From NCBI GenBank assembly GCA_027065635.1, contig JAMONQ010000090.1, forward strand, positions 1 to 39,055: 39,055 nucleotides of DNA, in the 5' to 3' direction. Source of the DNA: Campylobacterales bacterium. GTDB lineage: Bacteria > Campylobacterota > Campylobacteria > Campylobacterales > Hydrogenimonadaceae. Shown piece by piece: positions 27,389 through 35,256 of the stretch (position 1 is the first letter of the stretch; each line of letters begins with the position of its first letter). The notes beneath the pieces are model-generated. The model was given only the letters and a program-made list of their open reading frames with translations, did no database searches and was not told the origin of the DNA. The translations under genes and the position numbers were made by a program.

Positions 27389-28180
27389 TTAAAGCCACTT
27401 TTTTGCTATCTCTTTGAGTGCCTCCGGATTGTCGGAGGAGAAGATCCTAAGCTCCGTCTCTTTCGCTCTTTCGGGAGTGAAGCCGCTACTTTCAAGATGT
27501 TCGGCTATCGCCTCTCCGGAGTGGATCAGAAGAGGGCGATTTGGAAAATAGTCTCGAATGGCATCGGCTATCAGCGGGAAGTGTGTACATCCCAAAATAA
27601 TCGCATCAGGCGGTGTAAGATCTGCGAAATAATGATCGAGTGCGCTTTGAAGAAGCTCTCCTGAAAATATTCCCTCTTCTACGAGCGGTACGAATAGAGA
27701 GGGAGAGAGAGCTTCGATATTTGAAAAGCCGAGCCTGGAGATTTCATTCTGGTAGCGTCCGCTGCCGATCGTGGCACGGGTACCAAGTATCAGTATACGG
27801 CTCGAGTTCGGAAGGCCCGCGTTTTTTAATGCGAGGACTCCCGGCTCTATAACCCCGTATATCGGGAATGAGGCTTTAGCGCGAAGCTCAGGCAGGGCAT
27901 GGGCGCTGACGCTGTTGCAGGCGGTGATCATCAGGTCGATCTCGAAATTCTTGAAAAACTCCAGCGCTTCGAGGGCGTAGCGTGTAATGGTGGCCGGATC
28001 TTTCGGCCCGTATGGAACTCTTGCGGTATCACCGTAGTAGATTATCTCGTCGAAAAGGCGATGTTTCAGAAGCGACTTGACGACCGTCAGCCCGCCGGCA
28101 CCGCTGTCGAATACACCAACTTTGGTTGGTGTATTCGAGATGATAGATGATGGATGGTGGATGATGGATGGCTTTTTCAT
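27389..28180 (-). CDS. murI: Glutamate racemase with repeat-derived N-terminal extension
   Basis: GVFDSGAGGLTV, YGDTARVPYG, ACNS and LGCTHFP (two catalytic Cys). The N-terminus MKKPSIIHHPSSIISNTPT is encoded by a 7-mer array and a hairpin arm. Confidence 0.96.
   Translation of the reverse strand: MKKPSIIHHPSSIISNTPTKVGVFDSGAGGLTVVKSLLKHRLFDEIIYYGDTARVPYGPKDPATITRYALEALEFFKNFEIDLMITACNSVSAHALPELRAKASFPIYGVIEPGVLALKNAGLPNSSRILILGTRATIGSGRYQNEISRLGFSNIEALSPSLFVPLVEEGIFSGELLQSALDHYFADLTPPDAIILGCTHFPLIADAIRDYFPNRPLLIHSGEAIAEHLESSGFTPERAKETELRIFSSDNPEALKEIAKKWL
28107..28138. repeat. Perfect 14-bp inverted repeat (hairpin) at the murI 5' end
   Basis: TCGAATACACCAAC-tttg-GTTGGTGTATTCGA. Confidence 0.9.
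28139..28171. repeat. Heptamer tandem array downstream of the four-helix-bundle gene
   Basis: GATGATA GATGATG GATGGTG GATGATG GATGG on the + strand. Confidence 0.9.
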
Positions 28181-28542
28181 TCTGTTCTATTTTTCGATGA
28201 TATGAGAATGGCGGAGAGTAGTCGAATAATCGATTCGAGATCATTTTGCAAAGATTTGACTTTGTCGCTCTTTTTTGGCAGATAACCGGTCTCAAGAAGA
28301 AGTTGAATCCAATAGTTGGATTCCCGTGCCTCTTTTTGGGCGATGGACATTTTTGAGATAAAATCTTTTTTACTTTGTGCACTTTGTGCTTCTGCGACAT
28401 TCGCGCCTATGGATGTTCCGGAACGAAGAAGCTGTTTGGAGAGAATGAACTCTCCTCCATCCTCTGTCAAAAATTTATACAGCTTTACAATTCTGACTGC
28501 AAACTTAAATGAAAGCGAAGCGATTTCATTCTTTTCATCCAT
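28177..28542 (-). CDS. Four helix bundle protein (TIGR02436 / '23S rRNA IVS protein' family)
   Basis: SFKFAVRIVKLY, LSKQLLRSGTSIGANVAEA, SKKDFISKMSIAQKEARESNYWIQLL are the characteristic family motifs. Confidence 0.93.
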   Translation of the reverse strand: MDEKNEIASLSFKFAVRIVKLYKFLTEDGGEFILSKQLLRSGTSIGANVAEAQSAQSKKDFISKMSIAQKEARESNYWIQLLLETGYLPKKSDKVKSLQNDLESIIRLLSAILISSKNRTE

Positions 28543-28570
28543 AATCTTGCATCCGAGAAGCGCAGCTTCT
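28533..28570. repeat. Degenerate opposite-orientation heptamers plus a small hairpin at the 5' side of the four-helix-bundle gene
   Basis: Minus strand reads G-GATGCAA-GATTATG-GATGAAA (28533-28554); AGAAGC-gca-GCTTCT hairpin at 28556-28570. Confidence 0.45.
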
Positions 28571-28572
28571 TG

Positions 28573-29892
28573 CTACGCTCCTTCGTTCATGATGCTCAAA
28601 AACTCTTCGTTGTTTTTGGTTTTGAGCATTTTCGAGTAGAGAAACTTGAGAGCTTCAACTTCATCCATCTGGTGCATGGCGTTTCTGAGTGCCCATATTT
28701 TCGGAAGCGTATTGGGATCTGTCAGCAGCTCCTCTTTTCTGGTGCCTGACTTGATGATATCGATTGCTGGATAGATACGACGGTCGGCGATGTTGCGACT
28801 AAGGACTATTTCGCTGTTTCCGGTACCCTTGAACTCTTCGAATATCACTTCGTCCATTCGGCTTCCTGTATCGACCAGGGCCGTGGCGATGATCGTGAGG
28901 CTGCCGCCGTTTTCGATATTTCTGGCCGCACCGAAGAAGCGTTTGGGTTTGTGCAGGGCGTTGGCGTCGACACCGCCTGAAAGGACCTTTCCGCTGGAAG
29001 GGGTTACCGTATTGTACGCCCTGGCGAGTCTGGTGATCGAGTCGAGCAGTATGACGACATCTTTACCCATTTCGACGCGGCGTTTTGCCTTTTCTATTAC
29101 CAGTTCCGCGACCCGGACATGGTTTTGTGCCGGCAGATCGAAGGTGGAGCTGTACACCTCCCCTTTGACGCTTCGCTCCATATCTGTCACCTCTTCCGGG
29201 CGCTCGTCCACCAGCAGGACTATCAATTCGACCTCCGGATGGTTGTGGGTGATACCGTGGGCGAGTTCCTTCATCAGCTCCGTCTTGCCCGAGCGCGGAG
29301 GGGCTACTATGAGTCCCCTCTGACCTTTGCCTATGGGGGTGAAAAGATCGAGAACCCTGCCTGTGAGCTTGGTGGGGTTGTATTCGAGTTTCAGCTTCTC
29401 CTGCGGGTAGAGCGGGGTCAGGTTGTCAAAGAGCGGCCTGTTCTTGCTCTCGGCCACCGGCATATAGTTGATCGCTTCGATCTTCAGCAGAGCGTAGTAG
29501 CGCTCCTGCTCTTTGGGCGGGCGCACCTGCCCTGTGACGACGTCGCCGTTTCTAAGAGCAAACTTTCTTATCTGCGTACTGGAGACGTAGGCGTCGTTGC
29601 TGGAGTTGGAGAAGTTTGCGTCCATGGCACGCAAAAAGCCGTATCCTTCGTTGGTTATTTCGAGGATTCCGGTAAAGAGGATATAGCCCCCCTTGCTTAC
29701 TTGCGACTTGAGAATCTCGAACATCAGATCCTGTCGTTTCAGCTCGTTTGGATGCTCTACACCGAGCTCCTTGGCGATGGCGATCAGCTCTTCGAGGCTC
29801 TTTTGCCTTAGATCTTCTATCTTGTATCCCTCTACGGGGATATGGGTTCTCGATTTTCCGTTATGGTTGTTGCGGGTGGAGGTTTCGCTCAT
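28573..29892 (-). CDS. rho: Transcription termination factor Rho
   Basis: [68 protein letters not shown]. Confidence 0.99.
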   Translation of the reverse strand: MSETSTRNNHNGKSRTHIPVEGYKIEDLRQKSLEELIAIAKELGVEHPNELKRQDLMFEILKSQVSKGGYILFTGILEITNEGYGFLRAMDANFSNSSNDAYVSSTQIRKFALRNGDVVTGQVRPPKEQERYYALLKIEAINYMPVAESKNRPLFDNLTPLYPQEKLKLEYNPTKLTGRVLDLFTPIGKGQRGLIVAPPRSGKTELMKELAHGITHNHPEVELIVLLVDERPEEVTDMERSVKGEVYSSTFDLPAQNHVRVAELVIEKAKRRVEMGKDVVILLDSITRLARAYNTVTPSSGKVLSGGVDANALHKPKRFFGAARNIENGGSLTIIATALVDTGSRMDEVIFEEFKGTGNSEIVLSRNIADRRIYPAIDIIKSGTRKEELLTDPNTLPKIWALRNAMHQMDEVEALKFLYSKMLKTKNNEEFLSIMNEGA

Positions 29893-29995
29893 GATTCCTT
29901 CTTTGTGAACTTGAAATTTGCAGAGTTCCGGCAGTGTATGTAGATATCCGGGCCTTAATTATAAAAGGTCCGGTCGTTTCGATTTTGCTGGGGCT

Positions 29996-30025
29996 ATTGT
30001 ATCAATTTTGGCTTTTTATTGTCAA
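29996..30025 (-). promoter_or_regulatory. sigma70 promoter of rho
   Basis: Minus strand TTGACA (30020-30025), 18-bp spacer ending in TG-a, then TACAAT (29996-30001). Confidence 0.8.
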
Positions 30026-30089
30026 CCTGCTGTAGCGTCACAAGCTTGAAGTATCGTTTCATGGATAGCAGTACCACTTCTTAATAGGC

Positions 30090-30095
30090 TATAAT
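30090..30095 (+). promoter_or_regulatory. -10 box for ccoI
   Basis: Perfect TATAAT 27 bp before the TTG start. Confidence 0.55.
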
Positions 30096-30121
30096 TTCGA
30101 AAAAAAATCTGAAGGGTTGTT

Positions 30122-32539
30122 TTGGCCAAGGTTCCTTGTACCCATTGTCATCTCGAGTTCGACGAATCTGTAATGATCACCGAGAAAGATCGCGACAAAG
30201 AGACTCTCTATTTCTGCTGCAAGGGTTGTCAGGGAATTTTTCATCTGCTGCGCGACGAGGGGCTTGACACCTTTTACGACAAGCTCGGCAAACAGAGTCT
30301 GGAGCCTCCCAGGTTGAGAGAGGACGATCTGCACAAGTTCGATCTGGAGGGCTTCAGAAAAAAGTATATTATCGAGCGTCCGGACGGTTTGAACGAAATA
30401 TACATGATTATAGAGGGGATCCACTGTAGCGCCTGTGTATGGCTCAATGAAAAAGTACTCCACAAAACCGAAGGGATTGTGGAAGCGACGATAAACTATA
30501 CGACCAACAAAGCCCACATAGTTTGGGACCCCGATAGCGTAAAACTCTCCAAAATAGTAGAAAAGATCCGCTCCATAGGCTACAACGCCTATCCGTACGA
30601 TCCGAAACTTCAGGAGGAGCGGGCCAACAGGGCGCGCAGAGACTACTACGCCCGTTTGCTGGTGGCCATTTTCGCCACGATGAATATAATGTGGATAGCG
30701 GTTGCCAAATATACAGGGATGTTTACCGGTATGCGCGAAGATGTCAAGCTGGTACTGAGCGTCGCGGAGTGGATTCTGGCGACACCAACCCTGTTTTACA
30801 GCGGCTGGATCTTCTATCGTGGGGCCTGGTACGGCTTCAAGAACCGTTTTGTGAATATGGACACGCTTGTAGCCACCGGGGCCACATTGGCCTACTTCTA
30901 TTCGATATGGGCGATGATAACCGGTCACGGCGAAGTCTATTTCGACTCTGTCACGATGATTATCACATTCGTTTTGAGCGGCAAATATCTTGAAGTCCTC
31001 AGCAAAAAAAGAGCCGCCGATACGATGGATGCCCTCTCGAACGCTCTTCCTACGGAAGTGACGGTGATAGAAGATGGCGAGAAGGCCCTGATTCCGGTAG
31101 AGGAGGTGAAGCCGGGCGATATCATAGAAGTGCGTCCCGGTGAGAAGGCCGCGATAGACGGTGTCGTGATAAGCGGCGAGGGGAGTTTCGACGAGAGTTC
31201 TCTTACGGGTGAGAGCGAACCGATCTACAAGAGACCGGGTGACGAGATAGTAAGCGGGACGGTGGCAATAGACGGCGTTGTACGATATGAAGCGAGCAAG
31301 GATTACGCCACTTCGACTCTGGCTACGCTTGTGGGGCTGCTGGAGGAGTCGCTTACCAAAAAGCCGAAGATCGAGCAGCTTGCAAACGAAATATCCGGCT
31401 ACTTCTCGAGTACCATTTTGACTATCGCGCTTCTTACCTTTGCGGGATGGTACTGGCTGAGCGGCGGATTTGAGCATGCGCTTGTCGTAGCAATCTCTGT
31501 AATTGTCATCGCCTGCCCGTGCGCACTCGGGCTGGCGACTCCCGTCGCGACGCTGATAGGGATCAATCTCGCCGCAAGAAGAGGTGTCCTTTTCAAAGAG
31601 GCCGCATATATAGAGACTATGGCCAAATGCGATACGCTTGTACTTGATAAAACGGGAACGGTCACCGAAGGAAAGCCGCATGTGGTTGGCTACAAAGAGT
31701 ATGAAAATTTTGATCCGTCGCTTCTTTACTCACTGGTAAAAAGCTCCATTCATCCGGTCAGTCGAGGAATAGAAAAGTACCTTCGGGAGCACTATGAAAA
31801 CCTGAAAACCGTAGAGCTGGAGCAGGTAAAACAGGTGCAGGCGCGTGGAATCACTGCGAAATTCGGTCCCCATACCCTTTACGGCGGAAATGCGAAGTTG
31901 ATGGAGGATTTCGGACTTTCGGTCGATGAGGCGAGCGAATATACCCTCTTTTACTTCGCAATAGACGACAAGGTGGTAGCACGTTTTGAGTTGCGCGATC
32001 TGCCGAAGCAGGGAGCGAAAGAGGCGATCGAGGAGATTGGAAAGCTCGGTATAGAGGTGATTATGCTTACCGGCGATAATGAAAAGGCTGCCGCGAGAGT
32101 AGCCGAAGAGGTGGGTATATCCTTATACAAGTCCAATCTACTGCCTGACGAAAAGGCCGGGCAGATCGATATTCTGCACGCCGAGGGCCGTCTCGTGGTG
32201 ATGGCCGGAGACGGGATCAACGACGCACTGGCGCTCAGCAAGAGCGATATCGCAATCGCGATGGGCAGCGGCTCGGATGTGGCGCTCGAGGTGAGCGATG
32301 TGGTTTTGCTTGATGACAGGATCACTTCGCTCAAAGATGCCTTTTTGATAAGTCGCCGTACTTTCAGATTTGTAAAACAGAATCTCGCACTATCGATTCT
32401 TTACAATACGATAACCATACCGCTGGCGATAGCGGGGTATGTCATTCCTCTGGTCGCGGCCCTGTCCATGAGTCTTAGCTCCTTGCTGGTAGTCGGAAAC
32501 TCGATGCGCATCAAATCGGCCTTTAAAGAGAAAAATTAA
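30122..32539 (+). CDS. ccoI: P1B-type heavy-metal (Cu) ATPase, CcoI/FixI type
   Basis: N-terminal CxHC...CCxGC domain, HMA GIHCSAC, LTGES, ACPCALGLATP, DKTGT, TGDN, GDGIND, YN; ccoS is nearby. Confidence 0.9.
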   Translation: MAKVPCTHCHLEFDESVMITEKDRDKETLYFCCKGCQGIFHLLRDEGLDTFYDKLGKQSLEPPRLREDDLHKFDLEGFRKKYIIERPDGLNEIYMIIEGIHCSACVWLNEKVLHKTEGIVEATINYTTNKAHIVWDPDSVKLSKIVEKIRSIGYNAYPYDPKLQEERANRARRDYYARLLVAIFATMNIMWIAVAKYTGMFTGMREDVKLVLSVAEWILATPTLFYSGWIFYRGAWYGFKNRFVNMDTLVATGATLAYFYSIWAMITGHGEVYFDSVTMIITFVLSGKYLEVLSKKRAADTMDALSNALPTEVTVIEDGEKALIPVEEVKPGDIIEVRPGEKAAIDGVVISGEGSFDESSLTGESEPIYKRPGDEIVSGTVAIDGVVRYEASKDYATSTLATLVGLLEESLTKKPKIEQLANEISGYFSSTILTIALLTFAGWYWLSGGFEHALVVAISVIVIACPCALGLATPVATLIGINLAARRGVLFKEAAYIETMAKCDTLVLDKTGTVTEGKPHVVGYKEYENFDPSLLYSLVKSSIHPVSRGIEKYLREHYENLKTVELEQVKQVQARGITAKFGPHTLYGGNAKLMEDFGLSVDEASEYTLFYFAIDDKVVARFELRDLPKQGAKEAIEEIGKLGIEVIMLTGDNEKAAARVAEEVGISLYKSNLLPDEKAGQIDILHAEGRLVVMAGDGINDALALSKSDIAIAMGSGSDVALEVSDVVLLDDRITSLKDAFLISRRTFRFVKQNLALSILYNTITIPLAIAGYVIPLVAALSMSLSSLLVVGNSMRIKSAFKEKN

Positions 32540-32577
32540 GTAAAAGTGTAGAAGCGGCGTGATAGCATTAACGAAAC

Positions 32578-32583
32578 TATAAT
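32578..32583 (+). promoter_or_regulatory. -10 box upstream of the FTR-like gene
   Basis: TATAAT followed by an AGGGG RBS and ATG 32597. Confidence 0.45.
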
Positions 32584-32596
32584 ATCAGGGGTAAAG

Positions 32597-32935
32597 ATGC
32601 AGCAGATCGATATGAGCTCTGACGAGTTTCTGGCGGAGCTGGAGAAGACGAAGAAGTTTACGGACAAGGTGTGCAAGCAGTTTGGATGGGTATACAATCC
32701 GAACGAAGATGTAAACGAAGGCGTTACGATGGGGCTGGCGCGCAACAAGATGCTATACGGAAAAAGGTGGTGCCCGTGTTTCATGGTGATAGAAGACGAA
32801 AACGGAAACCACAAAAGCGCGGATGATCGTCTGTGCCCGTGCAAACCTGCGATAGAGAAGGAGATACCCGAAGAGGGCAAATGCCACTGCGGGATCTTCT
32901 GTACGCCTGAATATGCCGCTTCACACGAACACTAA
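32597..32935 (+). CDS. Ferredoxin:thioredoxin reductase catalytic (beta) subunit-like protein
   Basis: GLARNKMLYG..WCPC, LCPC and KCHCGIF give the CPC-CPC-CHC [4Fe-4S]/disulfide signature. Confidence 0.9.
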   Translation: MQQIDMSSDEFLAELEKTKKFTDKVCKQFGWVYNPNEDVNEGVTMGLARNKMLYGKRWCPCFMVIEDENGNHKSADDRLCPCKPAIEKEIPEEGKCHCGIFCTPEYAASHEH

Positions 32936-32955
32936 AGAGGAAAGAAGGGTTTGAT

Positions 32956-33255
32956 TTGGTAGTGCATATCGTAATGTTCCGCTTCAAAGATGAGAGAAAA
33001 GAGGAGAATATCGCCAGGGTAAAGGCGATGCTCGAAGCTCTGCCGGAGAAGATCGGGCCGCTTCGCTCGATGGAAGTGGGAGTTGACTTTCTTCACTCCG
33101 AACGCTCTATGGATCTGGTATTGACCTCCGTTTTCGATGACAGGGAGGGGCTTGAGGCATACAGGGTTCATCCGGCGCATCAGGAGGTTGTGGCTCTCAT
33201 CAAAGAGGTGACGATAGAGAGCCGTGTCGTAGATTATGAAAAGGGAGAGGATTGA
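32956..33255 (+). CDS. Dabb family (stress-responsive dimeric alpha/beta barrel) protein
   Basis: HIVMFRFK, LEAYRVHPAHQEV, VVDY. Confidence 0.9.
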   Translation: MVVHIVMFRFKDERKEENIARVKAMLEALPEKIGPLRSMEVGVDFLHSERSMDLVLTSVFDDREGLEAYRVHPAHQEVVALIKEVTIESRVVDYEKGED

Positions 33256-33497
33256 GCTCCGGTATACTCGCTATGATGCTCGGCATCTCCACCCTGCTTG
33301 GCGCGCTTGGGCTTTTGGCTCTTTTGTGGGGGCACAGAACCGGGCAGTTTGAGGATCACCACAAGTTCATAGACGGTGCGCTTTACGACGGCGAAGAGGA
33401 ACTCAAAGACGCCATCTCGATGGAACAAAAACAGAAAGAGGCCAAGGCCCGTGCCCTGGAGCGAAAACGTCAGGACAAGCGGGTGATGCCCGATTGA
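33252..33497 (+). CDS. ccoS: cbb3-type cytochrome oxidase assembly protein CcoS
   Basis: Single N-terminal TM helix followed by W..RTGQFED (family motif W...GQFDD). Confidence 0.85.
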   Translation: MSSGILAMMLGISTLLGALGLLALLWGHRTGQFEDHHKFIDGALYDGEEELKDAISMEQKQKEAKARALERKRQDKRVMPD

Positions 33498-33630
33498 AAA
33501 GAGGGGTGTGAATGGGGGCTTCGTATGCGCCTGCGGGAGGCCATGTGATAAACAGTGCCGCACTTCCCGGATTTTTGGTATGGGCCGGAGTGATAGTTTT
33601 GATAATGGCGCTGGCTTGGTTGCTTGAGAG

Positions 33631-34116
33631 ATGAGAAAAGCTCTCTTTCTTGATCGTGACGGCGTGATCAATATCGATCACGGTTATGTGGGGAGGATCG
33701 AGGAATTCGAATTTGTCGAGGGAGTTCTGGATCTGATACGCAAAGCGCAGCAAAGAGGCTATCTGCCGATTGTAGTCACGAACCAGTCAGGTATCGGAAG
33801 AGGCTACTATAGCGAAGAGGACTTCAAAAGGTTAAGCGACTGGATGATCGATGAGATGCGTCAAAACGGTATTGTGATCGATCGTTCACACATCTTTTTC
33901 TGCCCCCATAGGCCGGATGCCGGATGCGACTGCCGCAAGCCGGAGCCTGGAATGTTTCTGGAAGCTAAAGATCGTTTTGGTATCGATATGGCGGCTTCCT
34001 GGATGATAGGCGACAAGCCGAGCGATATAGAGGCCGCCAGGCGTGCCGGCGTCGGACACACCTATCTGGCCAGAAAGAATGAAAAAATCGAGTTGAAGGA
34101 TCTGCATGGATTTTAA
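33631..34116 (+). CDS. gmhB: D-glycero-D-manno-heptose 1,7-bisphosphate phosphatase
   Basis: FLDRDGVIN, VTNQSGIGRG, CPH...CDCRKPEPG, MIGDKPSD. Confidence 0.96.
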   Translation: MRKALFLDRDGVINIDHGYVGRIEEFEFVEGVLDLIRKAQQRGYLPIVVTNQSGIGRGYYSEEDFKRLSDWMIDEMRQNGIVIDRSHIFFCPHRPDAGCDCRKPEPGMFLEAKDRFGIDMAASWMIGDKPSDIEAARRAGVGHTYLARKNEKIELKDLHGF

Positions 34117-35101
34117 CGGCAAAACCATACTCATCACCGGGGGAGCGGGCTTTATAGGATCGAATCTCGCCTTCTGGTTCCAGGAGAATTTTCCTGATGC
34201 GAAAGTGGTGGTCTTCGATCTTTTTCGTACCGGTGAAACTTTCGCCAACGGAAATCTGAAAAGTTTCGGACACTACAAGAATCTCAAAGGTTTCAGAGGT
34301 GAAATCATCTCCGGTGACATCACGAAAAAGGAGGATCTGGCGCGACTGGAGGATTTTAGTTTCGACTACATCTTCCACGAGGCGGCCATAAGCGATACGA
34401 CCGTTTACGACCAGAAGATCATGATCGATACCAATCTCAACGCCTTCAAGGATCTTCTGAAGATGGCACAGCGGATGGGAGCGGCGATGATATATGCCAG
34501 CAGCGGAGCTACATACGGCAACGCCCCGGCACCGCAGACGGTGGGGCGGGAAGATCCGGCCAACATCTACGGCTTCAGCAAGCTGGCGATGGACCACCTC
34601 GCCTACGACTGGATGAAACGGAGCGATCTTCCCATCGTGGGATTGCGCTATTTCAACGTCTACGGTCCCCGGGAATTTTTCAAGAACAGGACCGCCTCGA
34701 TGGTGCTGCAGTTCGGGCACCAGATCCTCGCCGGCAAAAACCCCAGACTCTTCGAAGGAAGCGACAAGATCCTGCGCGACTTCATCTATATCGACGATGT
34801 GATTCAGGCCAATATCAAGGCGTGCGAACCGAAGCGAAGCGGCGTCTACAATGTCGGCACCGGCAAGGCCAGAAGCTTTCAGGATATCGTCGACATCCTC
34901 CAGAAGGAGCTCGGCACCGATCTGCCCTGCGAGTATATCCCCAACCCCTATATCGGGCAGTACCAGTTTTTTACCCAGGCCGATATCGAACCGACCCGCG
35001 AATATCTGGGGTACGAACCGGAAGTGAGCCTGGAGGAGGGTATCCGGCGCTATCTTCCGGAGATCGTCCGGATTTATGAGACTGAAGTCGATAGTCGATA
35101 G
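34106..35101 (+). CDS. rfaD: ADP-L-glycero-D-manno-heptose-6-epimerase (HldD/RfaD)
   Basis: ITGGAGFIGSN, FHEAAISDTT, YASSGATYG, YGFSK, LRYFNVYGPRE, RDFIYIDDV, YQFFTQAD. Confidence 0.96.
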   Translation: MDFNGKTILITGGAGFIGSNLAFWFQENFPDAKVVVFDLFRTGETFANGNLKSFGHYKNLKGFRGEIISGDITKKEDLARLEDFSFDYIFHEAAISDTTVYDQKIMIDTNLNAFKDLLKMAQRMGAAMIYASSGATYGNAPAPQTVGREDPANIYGFSKLAMDHLAYDWMKRSDLPIVGLRYFNVYGPREFFKNRTASMVLQFGHQILAGKNPRLFEGSDKILRDFIYIDDVIQANIKACEPKRSGVYNVGTGKARSFQDIVDILQKELGTDLPCEYIPNPYIGQYQFFTQADIEPTREYLGYEPEVSLEEGIRRYLPEIVRIYETEVDSR

Positions 35102-35122
35102 TCAATGGTTAATGGTCAATAG
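35087..35122. repeat. Heptamer tandem array (left), overlapping the rfaD stop
   Basis: GTCGATA GTCGATA GTCAATG GTTAATG GTCAATA G. Confidence 0.9.
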
Positions 35123-35206
35123 AAAGAGAAGGGATGCGATGAAGAGTAAAACGTTCGGTCGAATGTTAATGTTTTTGATTGTGGGAAACGATATGGAAAA
35201 AAGATA

Positions 35207-35235
35207 CTATCGATCATCGACCATCGACCATCGAC
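35207..35235. repeat. Heptamer tandem array (right), inverted relative to the left array
   Basis: C TATCGAT CATCGAC CATCGAC CATCGAC; its reverse complement (GTCGATG)3 ATCGATA G matches the left array consensus. Confidence 0.9.
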
Positions 35236-35256
35236 ACTTCACCCCAGGGGGTGGCA

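Noticed and set aside
28177-28542. 23S rRNA intervening sequence or DGR (avd) locus
   Set aside because: No rRNA sequence flanks the gene, and there is no reverse transcriptase or TR/VR pair in the window.
35179-35256. N-terminal extension of HldE through the heptamer array, as in the ORF track
   Set aside because: ATG 35257 has a good RBS and is followed directly by the conserved kinase domain, so the extension is not required, unlike at murI.
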